A stretch of DNA of 64,000 bases, taken from contig JACJYZ010000004.1 of the NCBI GenBank assembly GCA_020635855.1, positions 238,020 through 302,019 on the forward strand, in the 5' to 3' direction. The notes under the pieces were generated by a model that was given only the letters and a program-made list of their open reading frames with translations, did no database searches and had not been told where the DNA came from. Position numbers and translations under genes: made by a program. Source of the DNA: Flavobacteriales bacterium (GTDB taxonomy: Bacteria; Bacteroidota; Bacteroidia; JACJYZ01). Positions 46,688-57,000 of the stretch are shown piece by piece (the first letter of the stretch is position 1; the number at the start of each line of letters is the position of its first letter).

Positions 46688-48880
46688 TTAGTATTTGGTT
46701 TCTCCGATCACCTTTTGTTGCTGATCCGTTACCTTGAATGCCGTGCGGCGGTTTTTCTGGTGTTCCTCCTCAGTGGTGGCATTCTGAATCAGCAGTCTGG
46801 TTTCACCATAGCCATGTGGTTTCAGACGTTCTTTGGGTATTCCTTTATCGATAAGATAGTGCACCACCGAATTCGCACGACCCTGAGACAACTTCAGGTT
46901 GTATGAATCACTTCCACGGGCATCGGTGTGAGAACCAATTTCCACGGTGATGTCATCATTCAACTGAAGGAAGTCAAACAGGTCATCCAGTACTTTTTTC
47001 GACGCCGGGCGAAGGGTGGTATCATTGTAATCATATTCGATACCTGGAATTTCGATGTCATCCGGCGGGATGGGTTCCAGGTAGAAGTCATGGGTGAATT
47101 CCGTTGACTTTGTAATGTTCTCGGTAGAAAGGGAAAAGGCATCTGCAAAGAATTTTACCTTCTGTGCTTTCGAGAAATATTGAATGTCTTCAATCAGCGT
47201 GGTGTTGTACTGACCCTCTTCATTGGTGATGATGAAAATGGGCTGAATGCCTTCCTTCACATCGGTGATCTGCACCAGGGTATTGGGCATCTTCTCCTGC
47301 GTATTGCGGTTGAAAACCGTTCCTTTCATGGTGATGAGGAGTGGTTCGGCCTGCACCTGGTAGATCTTGTAACAAAACAGGTCTTTGTTGTCTTTACAGC
47401 TTTCACAACTGTCGCGGTCGGAAGTCATGAAGCCGGTGCGGCCTTCCATGCGATCCACCACAAAGAACAGATCATCCTTGCCGGAATTGAAAGGACGACC
47501 CATGTTGATGGGACGCAACCACGTGCTATCCTGCCCATATGACCTGAACACATCCAATCCTCCCAGGCCGGTATGACCATCAGAACTGAAGTACAGCGTA
47601 TTGTTGATATGATGCAGGTACGGGGTTACCTCGTTTTCGCTGGTGTTGATCACCGACCCCAGGTTCTTGGCTTCGCCGGCATTGCCGAATTCATCAATCG
47701 GTGATACCCAGATATCCATTTTCCCGTATCCTCCCGGGCGATCGCTGGCAAAGAACAGGCGGTCTTCTTCAGGTGACAGGGCAGGATATTTGGAGGAATA
47801 TCCCTGTTGGTTGATGTTTTCGTTCAACTTCATTGGCAGCAACCACTTTCCGTTCAGGAAGCGGCTGAGATAGATGGCACATTCCCCTTTGCCATCGCAT
47901 CTGGTGAAGTAAAAGTGTGAGCGGTCAATGGAAATCACGCCGGCACCTTCATTGCCTTCGGTGTTCACCGGTCGACGCATGTTCTTGGGTGTTTGCCAAT
48001 TTCCGCCTTCCTGATCGGTCAGATAAAGATCACTGGTGATGGTCGGGTCATCGTTTTTCTCATCGAGCACCACGTTGTCTTTGCGTCCACTGGCAAAAAT
48101 GATCACGCCTTCATCGTTATAAAAATTGGCACCGAAACTGGATGTACCGCCGTTGATCACCGTATCCATGAGGTTTACTTCAGCCTTGGGCCTAGGTTTC
48201 TGATGCGATTCTGCAAATGCCACATTGAACAACTTCTTCTGGGCCAGTTGCACGATGGTGTTATCGGTTCCGTCGTAGGTTTCTATGAACTTCTCCAGCT
48301 GAGCCTGGGATTCGGGATACTTCTCGTTGTTCATTAACACCATGGCATAATTGTACCGTGCGAACGGATGCCGTTTGGATTCGTTCTGCACAGCCTTTGC
48401 ATACCACTGTTCGGCTTTTTTATACTGATAAGAAAGTCGGAAACAATCTGCAATCTGGTGAACCACATATTGATATTTGCCATAAACGAGGTTGCCGCCT
48501 TCGGCGTCGATAGGCTGATCACCGGTTGTCGGGTTGGCTGCATCGGGTTGAGGTGGCACGGTGTCACCCTGCTGTCGCATGAGGCTATCGAGCTGGGTAC
48601 TGTCGGGTGCTTCGGTGGCTGCAGCCGGTTTGTTTTCTTCCTTATCGGGTTTGATGTACGCCACAACTTCGTATGGATACACGGTACTTTCTTCATCCAG
48701 TGTACCCTCGTCCAGCACTTTCAGGTAGAACTTGGCAGCGGAGGCATAATCACCTTTCTTATAAGCTTCATCGCCGTAATAAAGCCATTCACGCTTGCTT
48801 TGTGCCTGGCTTTGCAGTGCACTGAAACAAAACAGTGTGGCAAACAGATATAGCAGGGAAATTCTCACAGTCGCGGGCAA
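46688..48880 (-). CDS. PorE-like OmpA-family protein (TPR + TolB-type beta-propeller + OmpA_C), paralog of 37931..40348
   Basis: Signal peptide. TPR (YYGDEAYKKGDYASAAKFYLKVLD). Propeller blades (LSPEEDRLFFASDRPGGYGKMDIW, NNTLYFSSDGHTGLGGLDVF). OmpA_C (EIGSHTDARGSDSYNLKLSQGRANSV). Start overlaps the PorP/SprF stop by 16 nt. Confidence 0.8.
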   Translation of the reverse strand: MPATVRISLLYLFATLFCFSALQSQAQSKREWLYYGDEAYKKGDYASAAKFYLKVLDEGTLDEESTVYPYEVVAYIKPDKEENKPAAATEAPDSTQLDSLMRQQGDTVPPQPDAANPTTGDQPIDAEGGNLVYGKYQYVVHQIADCFRLSYQYKKAEQWYAKAVQNESKRHPFARYNYAMVLMNNEKYPESQAQLEKFIETYDGTDNTIVQLAQKKLFNVAFAESHQKPRPKAEVNLMDTVINGGTSSFGANFYNDEGVIIFASGRKDNVVLDEKNDDPTITSDLYLTDQEGGNWQTPKNMRRPVNTEGNEGAGVISIDRSHFYFTRCDGKGECAIYLSRFLNGKWLLPMKLNENINQQGYSSKYPALSPEEDRLFFASDRPGGYGKMDIWVSPIDEFGNAGEAKNLGSVINTSENEVTPYLHHINNTLYFSSDGHTGLGGLDVFRSYGQDSTWLRPINMGRPFNSGKDDLFFVVDRMEGRTGFMTSDRDSCESCKDNKDLFCYKIYQVQAEPLLITMKGTVFNRNTQEKMPNTLVQITDVKEGIQPIFIITNEEGQYNTTLIEDIQYFSKAQKVKFFADAFSLSTENITKSTEFTHDFYLEPIPPDDIEIPGIEYDYNDTTLRPASKKVLDDLFDFLQLNDDITVEIGSHTDARGSDSYNLKLSQGRANSVVHYLIDKGIPKERLKPHGYGETRLLIQNATTEEEHQKNRRTAFKVTDQQQKVIGETKY

Positions 48881-49890
48881 TTGGGTGCGGGATCAGGTCT
48901 TTTCTTCTCCTGGATCCAGGTTAATGAAATCTCGAAACCACCCCTTCCGGTTGTTGCTGCTTTCAGGGGGGAAGTATTAATGTCATAGCTTACCCGCACG
49001 ATGTAATCATCGTACTTCATACCAAGTTCCATGATCGCAGCATCGTCTTTTCTCCAGGTAGGCGCCACGATCAGGTAAGCATTTTGTTCCGACAGGTAGT
49101 AATGCATGACCAGGGTCGTGGTCAGTTCATTGTCGTTGGTCTGGTTCTGCATCCAGGCCTTCGGCGTGAGTTGCACTTTCTCGCTTAGGTTGAGTTTCAC
49201 ACCACCATGGACCACATGCCGCATGGGAAGGAAATTGGAACCGTTGAAGAATGTTTCTTTGGGTTGGTTCAGGTGAAAACCTGCATAACCTATGAACGGA
49301 TTGATCCGCTTGCTTTCCCCACTGATGAAGTACACCACACCCACACTCACATCCATCATGTTGATGGAAGAAGAACCCAGGTTTTCTCCCATGGATACCG
49401 TAGGGTCAAACCCACCTTCATTGCCGGTAATCCGGTACTGTTCATCAAAGGTAAGCTTTGAAATGTCAAAACTCTTTTGGATAAATCCCAGCTGTGCACC
49501 TACGGAAAGGCGTCCGCCCGCACGTTTGGTTCCGGTGATCAGGTCATATGCTCCGGATACGTTAAAGCGGAACTCATTGAAATTACCTGCTCCGGCCCGC
49601 TGGTTCATGATTTGGGCTCCCAGTGAGAATCCATCCTTCATTTGTCTGTCACCTGATAACAGGGTGGTGACATAGGGATTGTCTGCAATGGCCTTCCACT
49701 GTGTACGGTAATGCCCGTGGATGCGCATTCTTCCATTGAATTTACCCGTAAGGGCGGGATTCAGATACATGGGAGGTGCATCGTATTGTGACAAGTGAAT
49801 ATCCTGAGCATTTACAGACAAGGATGCCGTCACAAACAGAGACACCAATACCGTTCCGGCTAAAAGCCTGATGTGATTAAATTGACGCAT
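48865..49890 (-). CDS. Type IX secretion system membrane protein, PorP/SprF family
   Basis: N-terminal AQDIHLSQYDAPPMYLNPALTG is the PorP/SprF hallmark. Immediately downstream of a type-B-CTD cargo gene. Confidence 0.85.
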   Translation of the reverse strand: MRQFNHIRLLAGTVLVSLFVTASLSVNAQDIHLSQYDAPPMYLNPALTGKFNGRMRIHGHYRTQWKAIADNPYVTTLLSGDRQMKDGFSLGAQIMNQRAGAGNFNEFRFNVSGAYDLITGTKRAGGRLSVGAQLGFIQKSFDISKLTFDEQYRITGNEGGFDPTVSMGENLGSSSINMMDVSVGVVYFISGESKRINPFIGYAGFHLNQPKETFFNGSNFLPMRHVVHGGVKLNLSEKVQLTPKAWMQNQTNDNELTTTLVMHYYLSEQNAYLIVAPTWRKDDAAIMELGMKYDDYIVRVSYDINTSPLKAATTGRGGFEISLTWIQEKKRPDPAPNCPRL

Positions 49891-49899
49891 GGTAAGTCT

Positions 49900-52800
49900 T
49901 TAACGCAACAAGGTCAGATCTCCTTTCAACTCGTACCGCTGACCATCTTCCGATACAACTTCGGCGATATATACGTAAACGCCCATAGGTTGTTCGATTC
50001 CATCCCTTGTTCCATCCCATCCATTCTCCTTACCCTGCATGGTTGTAAGGAAAATCAGCTCTCCCCAGTTGTTGTAGATCCGCAGTTCGTGGGACTTAAA
50101 CGGTCCCCCGCGGATGTAAAACTTGTCATTCACACCATTGTTGTTCGGCGTAAATGCATTGGGAATTGCCGGAGGCATGAAGACCTCGAGAGTTTTGATG
50201 ATGGTATCTTTACAACCATTCGCATCTGTTACGATGAGGGTAACGCTGTATACGCCTATCTCATCATAGTTATAAGAGGGGTTTTGAACGCTGGATGTGC
50301 CGGTAGAATCACCGAAATCCCAGAACCAGGATACAATCCCGCCCGTTGAGAGATCAGTGAACTGAATGGATTCACTTCCTTTCAGCAATGTTTTATCTGT
50401 CTGGAAATCCGCATGCGGAGGAGCCAGTACGGTCACACTGCTTGTTACAGTGTCTTTGCAACCCACATTGGTGGTCACAATCAACTCAACCGGATAGCCG
50501 CCGTTGGTCGGATACACATGAATCGGATCACGCAATGAAGACGTATCCCCGTCGCCGAACTGCCAGTACCAGGCAACCACCGAATCACCTCCCATGACAA
50601 GGGTCGTATCGATGAATGTGACGGGTTCACCCAAACAACCGGGACTTACAATGAAGTCGCCCTGCGGCAGCGGGTGGATGTATATGTCTTTGGAAATGGT
50701 GTCCTTACATCCCTTGGAATCCGTGGTGATCAGGATCACGTTATAGGTCGACTGCACCTCATACGTGTGCGTCGGGTTCTGTTGGGTGCTTGTATAACTG
50801 TCACCAAAATTCCAACTCCAGTCGGTGATGTTGCCAAGTCCGTTGGTAGAGAGATCCGTAAAGAATGATGTATCCTTTTCGCACGCTTCATTGGAAGTGA
50901 AATCCGCTGTCGGTCCCTGAATCAGCACAATGTGTGCTGTATCCATAACTGACCTACAGTATCCGTTATCCGACGAATGGAAGATCAGTTCCACAAATCC
51001 CAAACCATCATCTGCCGCACTTGGGCAGTAGAACGGATTGTTCACAGTGTTGTTCGGAACGAAACTGCCGGTGCCAGCTGTGGTCCAGTAACCACTGCCC
51101 GTGGTTGTATTCACGGCCAGCGGGATGCATACACCCTCGCACGATGAATCGGCGGAGGTGATGTTCACCACCGGTTTATCCAATAATTCCAAGTATACGG
51201 AATCGGAAACCGACAAACATCCGTCGTTATGCGTGGTCATTACATACAACCATACACTGTTTCCGTTGAGGTCATTCGTGCCGGGAATGTATTTAACGAA
51301 TACAGCAGAATCGTTCGGATCAAATGTTCCGTCTCCACTGGTCAACCACTGCACGCCTCCTGCTACTGAAAATGTTGCGAAGAAATCAATGCCCGACGTG
51401 TCCTTACATGCGACCATGCTATCCGGACCAGCATCTACGGTGGGTGCCGGAGTGAAATTGATCCGGATGGAATCCGTGTCTGCCGGACAGTAAATTGTAG
51501 ATGGAGCAATCAGGATCACATCTGCAAAACCATTGGTGATCTCCGTTGATGTAGGTGAGTACACCGGGTTCATTATTGTGTTGCTGGGAGAGAACAAGCC
51601 TGATCCATTCCAGAAACCGCCCGTTGTGTTGATAACGGTACCTGTCAGTTGAACATCGGCATTGTTGCTGCAGGATGAAGTATCCGCTCCGGCATATGCA
51701 TCGGGTCCGCTGACCAGCGTGATGTACATGGAATCCGTTACAGCTTTACAAAGGCCGTTGTTATCGCTGGTAAATACAAGCGTTACAAATCCGTTGGCAT
51801 TGTCGCCGGGGCCGGGCCAGTAATCAGGGTTGTTCACACCGGCGTTTGGTTTGAACACACCATCACCCAAGGTAGACCAAAGCCCACTTCCCGTTGAAAT
51901 GTTCACACTCACCGGAAATTCGATGCCGGCACACGTTGTATCGGATCCGATGATTTCCACTACAGGTATATTGATATACCGCACACGCATGCTGTCCACA
52001 GCCGGATTACAATCTCCGTTACCGGTGGTGGTCAGGTAGAACATGATGCTGTCCAACGCCAGGTCTGCCGAATCTGGAATATAGCATACAGTCAGGGAAT
52101 CCGGGTCAGGATTGAAGGTGCCGCTTCCGGTGGTGGTCCAGTGCCCGCCTGTGGCAACGCCGACAAGCCCGGAAAGACAAATCATGGAAGTATCTTTACA
52201 AACTGCCATCGTATCATCACCCGCATCAGCGATCGGGCTTGGCGTAAAGGTGATATGAACCGTATCCGTATCTGCCGGACACAGGCCATTCCCCGTTGAA
52301 ATCAAGAACACATCGGTGGACCCATTGCTGATTTCCGCCGGTGTGGGTGTGTATGTGGTGGGCAAACTGGTGGATGTATTGAAAGTTCCTGCCCCGCTCC
52401 ACATTCCGCCGGTGGCAAACATGATGGTGCCATTCAGCCAGGTATCCGCATTGTTTGAACAGGCGTTGGTATCCGCACCGTTTGCTATGGGGTAAGGCTG
52501 GGCATAAATCACCTTTGTAACCGTATCCTGACAACCGAATCCCGATGTGGCTATCAGTGAAACCGTATAGCTTCCGCTATCGGCGTAGAGGTGATACGGA
52601 TTCTGGATGTTGTCCGTACCTCCATCTCCGAAATCCCAATCCCACATCACGATGGAATCGTTGGGAGATGTGGTTGAATTGTCATTGAACTGAATGGGAA
52701 CACCCACACATGCTGAATCCACGGTTGATGTGAAATCTGCAGAAACAGTTCCGAAATTGATGGTTTCATAGGCAGTATCCGCACAAGCTGTTCCGGGTTG

Positions 52801-53883
52801 AATGATCAGTCGGGCTGTGTATGGACCCAGGCCGGGATAGGTGTAAGCCGGCGGGTTCCGAACAGATGAAACATCTGTGGTGGATGTCGGGTCTCCGAAA
52901 TCCCATTGATATCCCTGTGCAAATGTATCGCTGAGGTTGATGAGGGTAACGGGTTGAGAAGAACATGGGTCAACCGGGCCGATATCGGCTTTCGCCAGCG
53001 GTGGACAATCGACTACATTGAACTGAAAATCGCGAACGATGTAACCGAGCCTGACCCCGTTGCGGTATTCGGTACATTTTACACCAACCACGTATTGACC
53101 TGCATCGGGCGGGATGCCATCCAGAAATCCGTTGGCATCAATGGTTAATCCACCTCCACCCATCGGGTTGCTGGCATTATAGCCGCCGCTCCACGTAACC
53201 GAATTGAAGGACGCAGTTGTGCCGGAAATGGTCGGATAGTTTTGCGGACAATCAGGACCAGCCACCTGTTGCGGTGTATTGGCACATCCAAGGTAAGGTG
53301 AGTAAAAACTGTACACCAGAGAGTCTCCATCCTTGTCACTGGCAAGGTGCGGAAACTGGATGGGTTCATTCCGGCAGACAAAGATCGGGGGGAAATTCAC
53401 GAACTGCGGACTGCTATTGGTCAGGATCGACGCATTGTTCGGTATGTATGTGTAAAAGGTTTCCCCCGCCTGATCGGGATTATTAATGTTATTAATCGAA
53501 GCGTTCCGGCAACAACGCTGGTAAAAAATATGATACCCACCCGTTCTCGGTGGCAGGTTGTTCACCACTTTGGTGTAAATCCCTTCCTCCACGCAGAGAT
53601 TGGGTTTGGTCACGCAGGTATCCACAAACGGATCCAGCACCGTAGCTGATACAAACGGGATGCTGATGTTCATTACATCGCCCCCGGAAGAATTGAGCAC
53701 CTCCACAATGGCCGGGTCATCAAAGGCCGCCTGACCTGCCAAACAATCGCGATACAATTTCAGGGTAATGCGGTAAGATGATCCCCCCAAATGCTCATAT
53801 GTCAACGATCCGCCAACAATGTGAGTCGCAAATACCCCCGCAGGGATAATCAAGATTAACAATCCCAGAATTAATTTTCGCAT
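49900..53883 (-). CDS. Giant (1327 aa) T9SS type-B cargo: repeat-rich cell-surface adhesin with PKD domains and SprB-type C-terminal sorting domain
   Basis: Signal peptide. Multiple PKD-like units (WDFGDG...NP.H.Y...G.Y.V.L). Many Cys-containing Ig-like repeats. C-terminus PNAFTPNNNGVNDKFYI...NNWGELIF...GWDGT...G.YVY matches the gliding-motility-associated (type B) CTD. Confidence 0.85.
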   Translation of the reverse strand: MRKLILGLLILIIPAGVFATHIVGGSLTYEHLGGSSYRITLKLYRDCLAGQAAFDDPAIVEVLNSSGGDVMNISIPFVSATVLDPFVDTCVTKPNLCVEEGIYTKVVNNLPPRTGGYHIFYQRCCRNASINNINNPDQAGETFYTYIPNNASILTNSSPQFVNFPPIFVCRNEPIQFPHLASDKDGDSLVYSFYSPYLGCANTPQQVAGPDCPQNYPTISGTTASFNSVTWSGGYNASNPMGGGGLTIDANGFLDGIPPDAGQYVVGVKCTEYRNGVRLGYIVRDFQFNVVDCPPLAKADIGPVDPCSSQPVTLINLSDTFAQGYQWDFGDPTSTTDVSSVRNPPAYTYPGLGPYTARLIIQPGTACADTAYETINFGTVSADFTSTVDSACVGVPIQFNDNSTTSPNDSIVMWDWDFGDGGTDNIQNPYHLYADSGSYTVSLIATSGFGCQDTVTKVIYAQPYPIANGADTNACSNNADTWLNGTIMFATGGMWSGAGTFNTSTSLPTTYTPTPAEISNGSTDVFLISTGNGLCPADTDTVHITFTPSPIADAGDDTMAVCKDTSMICLSGLVGVATGGHWTTTGSGTFNPDPDSLTVCYIPDSADLALDSIMFYLTTTGNGDCNPAVDSMRVRYINIPVVEIIGSDTTCAGIEFPVSVNISTGSGLWSTLGDGVFKPNAGVNNPDYWPGPGDNANGFVTLVFTSDNNGLCKAVTDSMYITLVSGPDAYAGADTSSCSNNADVQLTGTVINTTGGFWNGSGLFSPSNTIMNPVYSPTSTEITNGFADVILIAPSTIYCPADTDSIRINFTPAPTVDAGPDSMVACKDTSGIDFFATFSVAGGVQWLTSGDGTFDPNDSAVFVKYIPGTNDLNGNSVWLYVMTTHNDGCLSVSDSVYLELLDKPVVNITSADSSCEGVCIPLAVNTTTGSGYWTTAGTGSFVPNNTVNNPFYCPSAADDGLGFVELIFHSSDNGYCRSVMDTAHIVLIQGPTADFTSNEACEKDTSFFTDLSTNGLGNITDWSWNFGDSYTSTQQNPTHTYEVQSTYNVILITTDSKGCKDTISKDIYIHPLPQGDFIVSPGCLGEPVTFIDTTLVMGGDSVVAWYWQFGDGDTSSLRDPIHVYPTNGGYPVELIVTTNVGCKDTVTSSVTVLAPPHADFQTDKTLLKGSESIQFTDLSTGGIVSWFWDFGDSTGTSSVQNPSYNYDEIGVYSVTLIVTDANGCKDTIIKTLEVFMPPAIPNAFTPNNNGVNDKFYIRGGPFKSHELRIYNNWGELIFLTTMQGKENGWDGTRDGIEQPMGVYVYIAEVVSEDGQRYELKGDLTLLR

Positions 53884-53969
53884 AACCTTTTTGGTACGTC
53901 CGCTGTAAATATTGATGCAAATTAGAAAAAAACCAAATATAAAGATAGTGATTTTTACTTCGGTTTCAT

Positions 53970-53977
53970 TACTTTTG
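53970..53977 (+). promoter_or_regulatory. Candidate -7 element (TActTTTG) for the 1380-aa type-B cargo gene within a 159-bp AT-rich divergent intergenic region
   Basis: Matches the Bacteroidetes -7 consensus TAnnTTTG about 65 nt upstream of the ATG. No clean -33 TTG was found. Confidence 0.25.
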
Positions 53978-54042
53978 GTAAATTGTAGGTACCGTGTTTA
54001 CTATACTTTCTCGTATTACAAAACTTACTAATTAACACTTCT

Positions 54043-57000
54043 TTGCTGAAAACCATGAGCCTATTCAGACTCCTCCTTACGTTAGTTTTGTCAATTGTGT
54101 TCGGTTCTGTTGCCATTTCGCAAACCGAATTGAAGTGGGCCACACGCTATGCCGGCTCAGGAGCTGCGGTGGATCGCGCCGCAGACATGGTCATTGATGC
54201 CAGCGGCAATGTGTACGTAACAGGTACGGCCACGGGTTCGGGTTCGCCTAGCAGCTTGGACTACCTGACGGTCAAGTACAACAATGCGGGTGTACAACAA
54301 TGGGCCAAGTACTACAACGGCAGTGGGAATGGTCTTGACGAAGCCAGATCGATTGCAGTGGATGCCAGCGGCAATGTCTATGTGACCGGAATGAGTTATG
54401 GCTCAGGCACAGATTATGACATCGTAACCATTAAGTACAACAGCGCCGGCACCCAGCAATGGTCGGCCCGCTACAACACAATCTCTGCCAATTTGAAGGA
54501 TGAAGGGTACGATGTGAAAGTGGATGGAAGCGGAAATGTTTACGTAACAGGCGCAGCCGTTCCATTTGCCCAAACAGAGACCGATGTTGTCACCATCAAA
54601 TACAACAGTTCAGGAACACAGCAATGGGCCACCACCTACGATGGCAATGGCAACGGAACCGGGGATGACGGCGGTTATGCGCTCGCCCTGGATGCAAGCG
54701 GTAATGTGTATGTAACCGGATTCAGTTACTGGAACGGTGCACAAGACTACAATGTGGTTACCCTCAAGTACAACAGTTCCGGTGCTCAGCAGTGGGCCTC
54801 GCAATACAACGGACCGGGCAGCGCCTACGACGCCGGTTTCGCCATCACCCTGGATGGAAGCAACAATGTGTACGTGGCGGCTCAGGCCCTGAAAGACGGT
54901 GTGATCAATTTCGATATCACCACCATCAAATACAACAATGCAGGCACCCAACAATGGGTGAAGCAGTTCGGCGGTGATGCTTCCGACATTGACAAACCCA
55001 ATGACATCAAGGTGGATGCCAGCAACAACGTCTACGTAGTAGGAAAAGCGATCGGTACAGGTACCGGGGAAGATTACGCCACACTGAAGTACACCTCCGC
55101 AGGTACCCTGAGCTGGAGCTCCATCTACAATGGCAGCGGCAACGGTTACGATGAAGCAAAGATGTTACAGATCGATCCGAATGACGGAACCGTATATGTG
55201 ACAGGTTACAGCAACAACGGTGCTTCTTCTGCAGATTATGTTACCTTGAAATATGATAATACCGACGGTAAGCAGCTCTGGAAAGTGGCCTATAACGGCC
55301 CTGACAATCTCTCCGACCAAGCTGTGGCACTTGCTGTGGACAATACCTACAACGTGTACGTTTCCGGATATAGTTTCGGCACCAACACGACCACCAAAGA
55401 AGATTACGCCACGCTGAAATATTGCCAGTACAGCAGCAACATTTCAGGAAACGATACCATTTGTGCCGGTGACACCACCCAACTGAGTGCTTCCGGAGGA
55501 ACAACCTATAGCTGGAGTCCGAGCACCGGGCTGAGCGACCCAAACATCGCCAACCCCAAAGCGTTCCCCAGCGTGACCACCACCTATGTGCTCACCGCTT
55601 CCAACAGCTACAATTGCACGGACATCGATTCCGTAACCATTTACGTAAACCCACTGCCCCAACCTACCATTACAGCCAGTGGCGACAGCAGCCTTTGCCA
55701 GGGTGAGCAACTCACACTAAGCACACAAAGCTTCGCATCTTACCTGTGGAGTTCCGGGAACACCACGTCATCCATTATCTCTGATACCACAGGGACCTTT
55801 ACTGTGACCGTGGTTGATACCAACGGATGCACCAATACTTCCGCATCCTACAGCATGATCGTTCATCCGCTGCCGACGGTAAGCGCAGGTACCGATACCT
55901 CCCTCTGTATCGGCGATACCATTCAGTTGAATGCATCGGGGGCCACGAATTACGCATGGACACCTTCCACGGGTTTGAGCAGCACCACCATTGCAAACCC
56001 GTTGGCACATCCTGTCAGCACCATCAAGTATTATCTGACCGGCACCGATTCGGTTACCACATGTTTAAGCAAAGACACGATTATGGTAACCGTAAATGCA
56101 CTGCCGGTGATCACCGCCAGCAACGACACCAGCATTTGTCCGGGTGATACCGCCCAGTTACACGCCACCGGCGGTACCCAATACCTGTGGACACCTTCAG
56201 GAACCTTAGATGACAACACCAGCTCCGATCCCAAGGCCGGGCCTGCGGCAACAACCACGTACTACCTGACCGTTACCGACAACAACCAGTGTTCGCGTAC
56301 AGAGAACGTGAAAGTAACCGTGTATCAAAAACCGGCACCGGTGATTTCACCCGCAGGTCCCATCGACAAATGCGAAGGAGAAAGCGTAACCCTTACATGC
56401 AACACATTCCCCAATTATCTTTGGAGCAACGGATCCACGTCCAAATCCATTACAACCGACAGCTCCGGCACATACAATGTAACCGTTACCGATAGCAAAA
56501 CCTGCTCGAATACTTCCTCGAACGTGGTTGTAACCATCCACCCCTTACCGGTTGTGGATGCAGGCATGAACGATACCATTTGCAAAGGTGACAGCATTCA
56601 ACTGAATGCCACCGGTGCCGACAGTTACTCCTGGTCGCCCGGCACAGGACTGAGCAGCACCAAAATCAGCAACCCGAAAACCAGCCCGCCCAGCACCATC
56701 ACCTACACGGTCACCGGTTCCGTTATGTTCGGTAGCCTGACATGCAAGAATACCGATCAGGTTTCGGTGAAAGTGAATAACCTGCCGACTGTTGCAACAA
56801 GCAATGACACGGCGGTCTGCCTGGGAGAATCCGCCAACCTGAATGCTTCGGGTGGAGTCAATTTCTCCTGGTCGCCAACCGGTTCCCTTGACAATCCCAA
56901 TATCAGCAACCCGGTTGCCACACCCACCGCTACCACCACCTACACGGTGACAGTGCAAGACACAAATTCATGTGCGAATACCGGAACCGTAAAAGTGACC

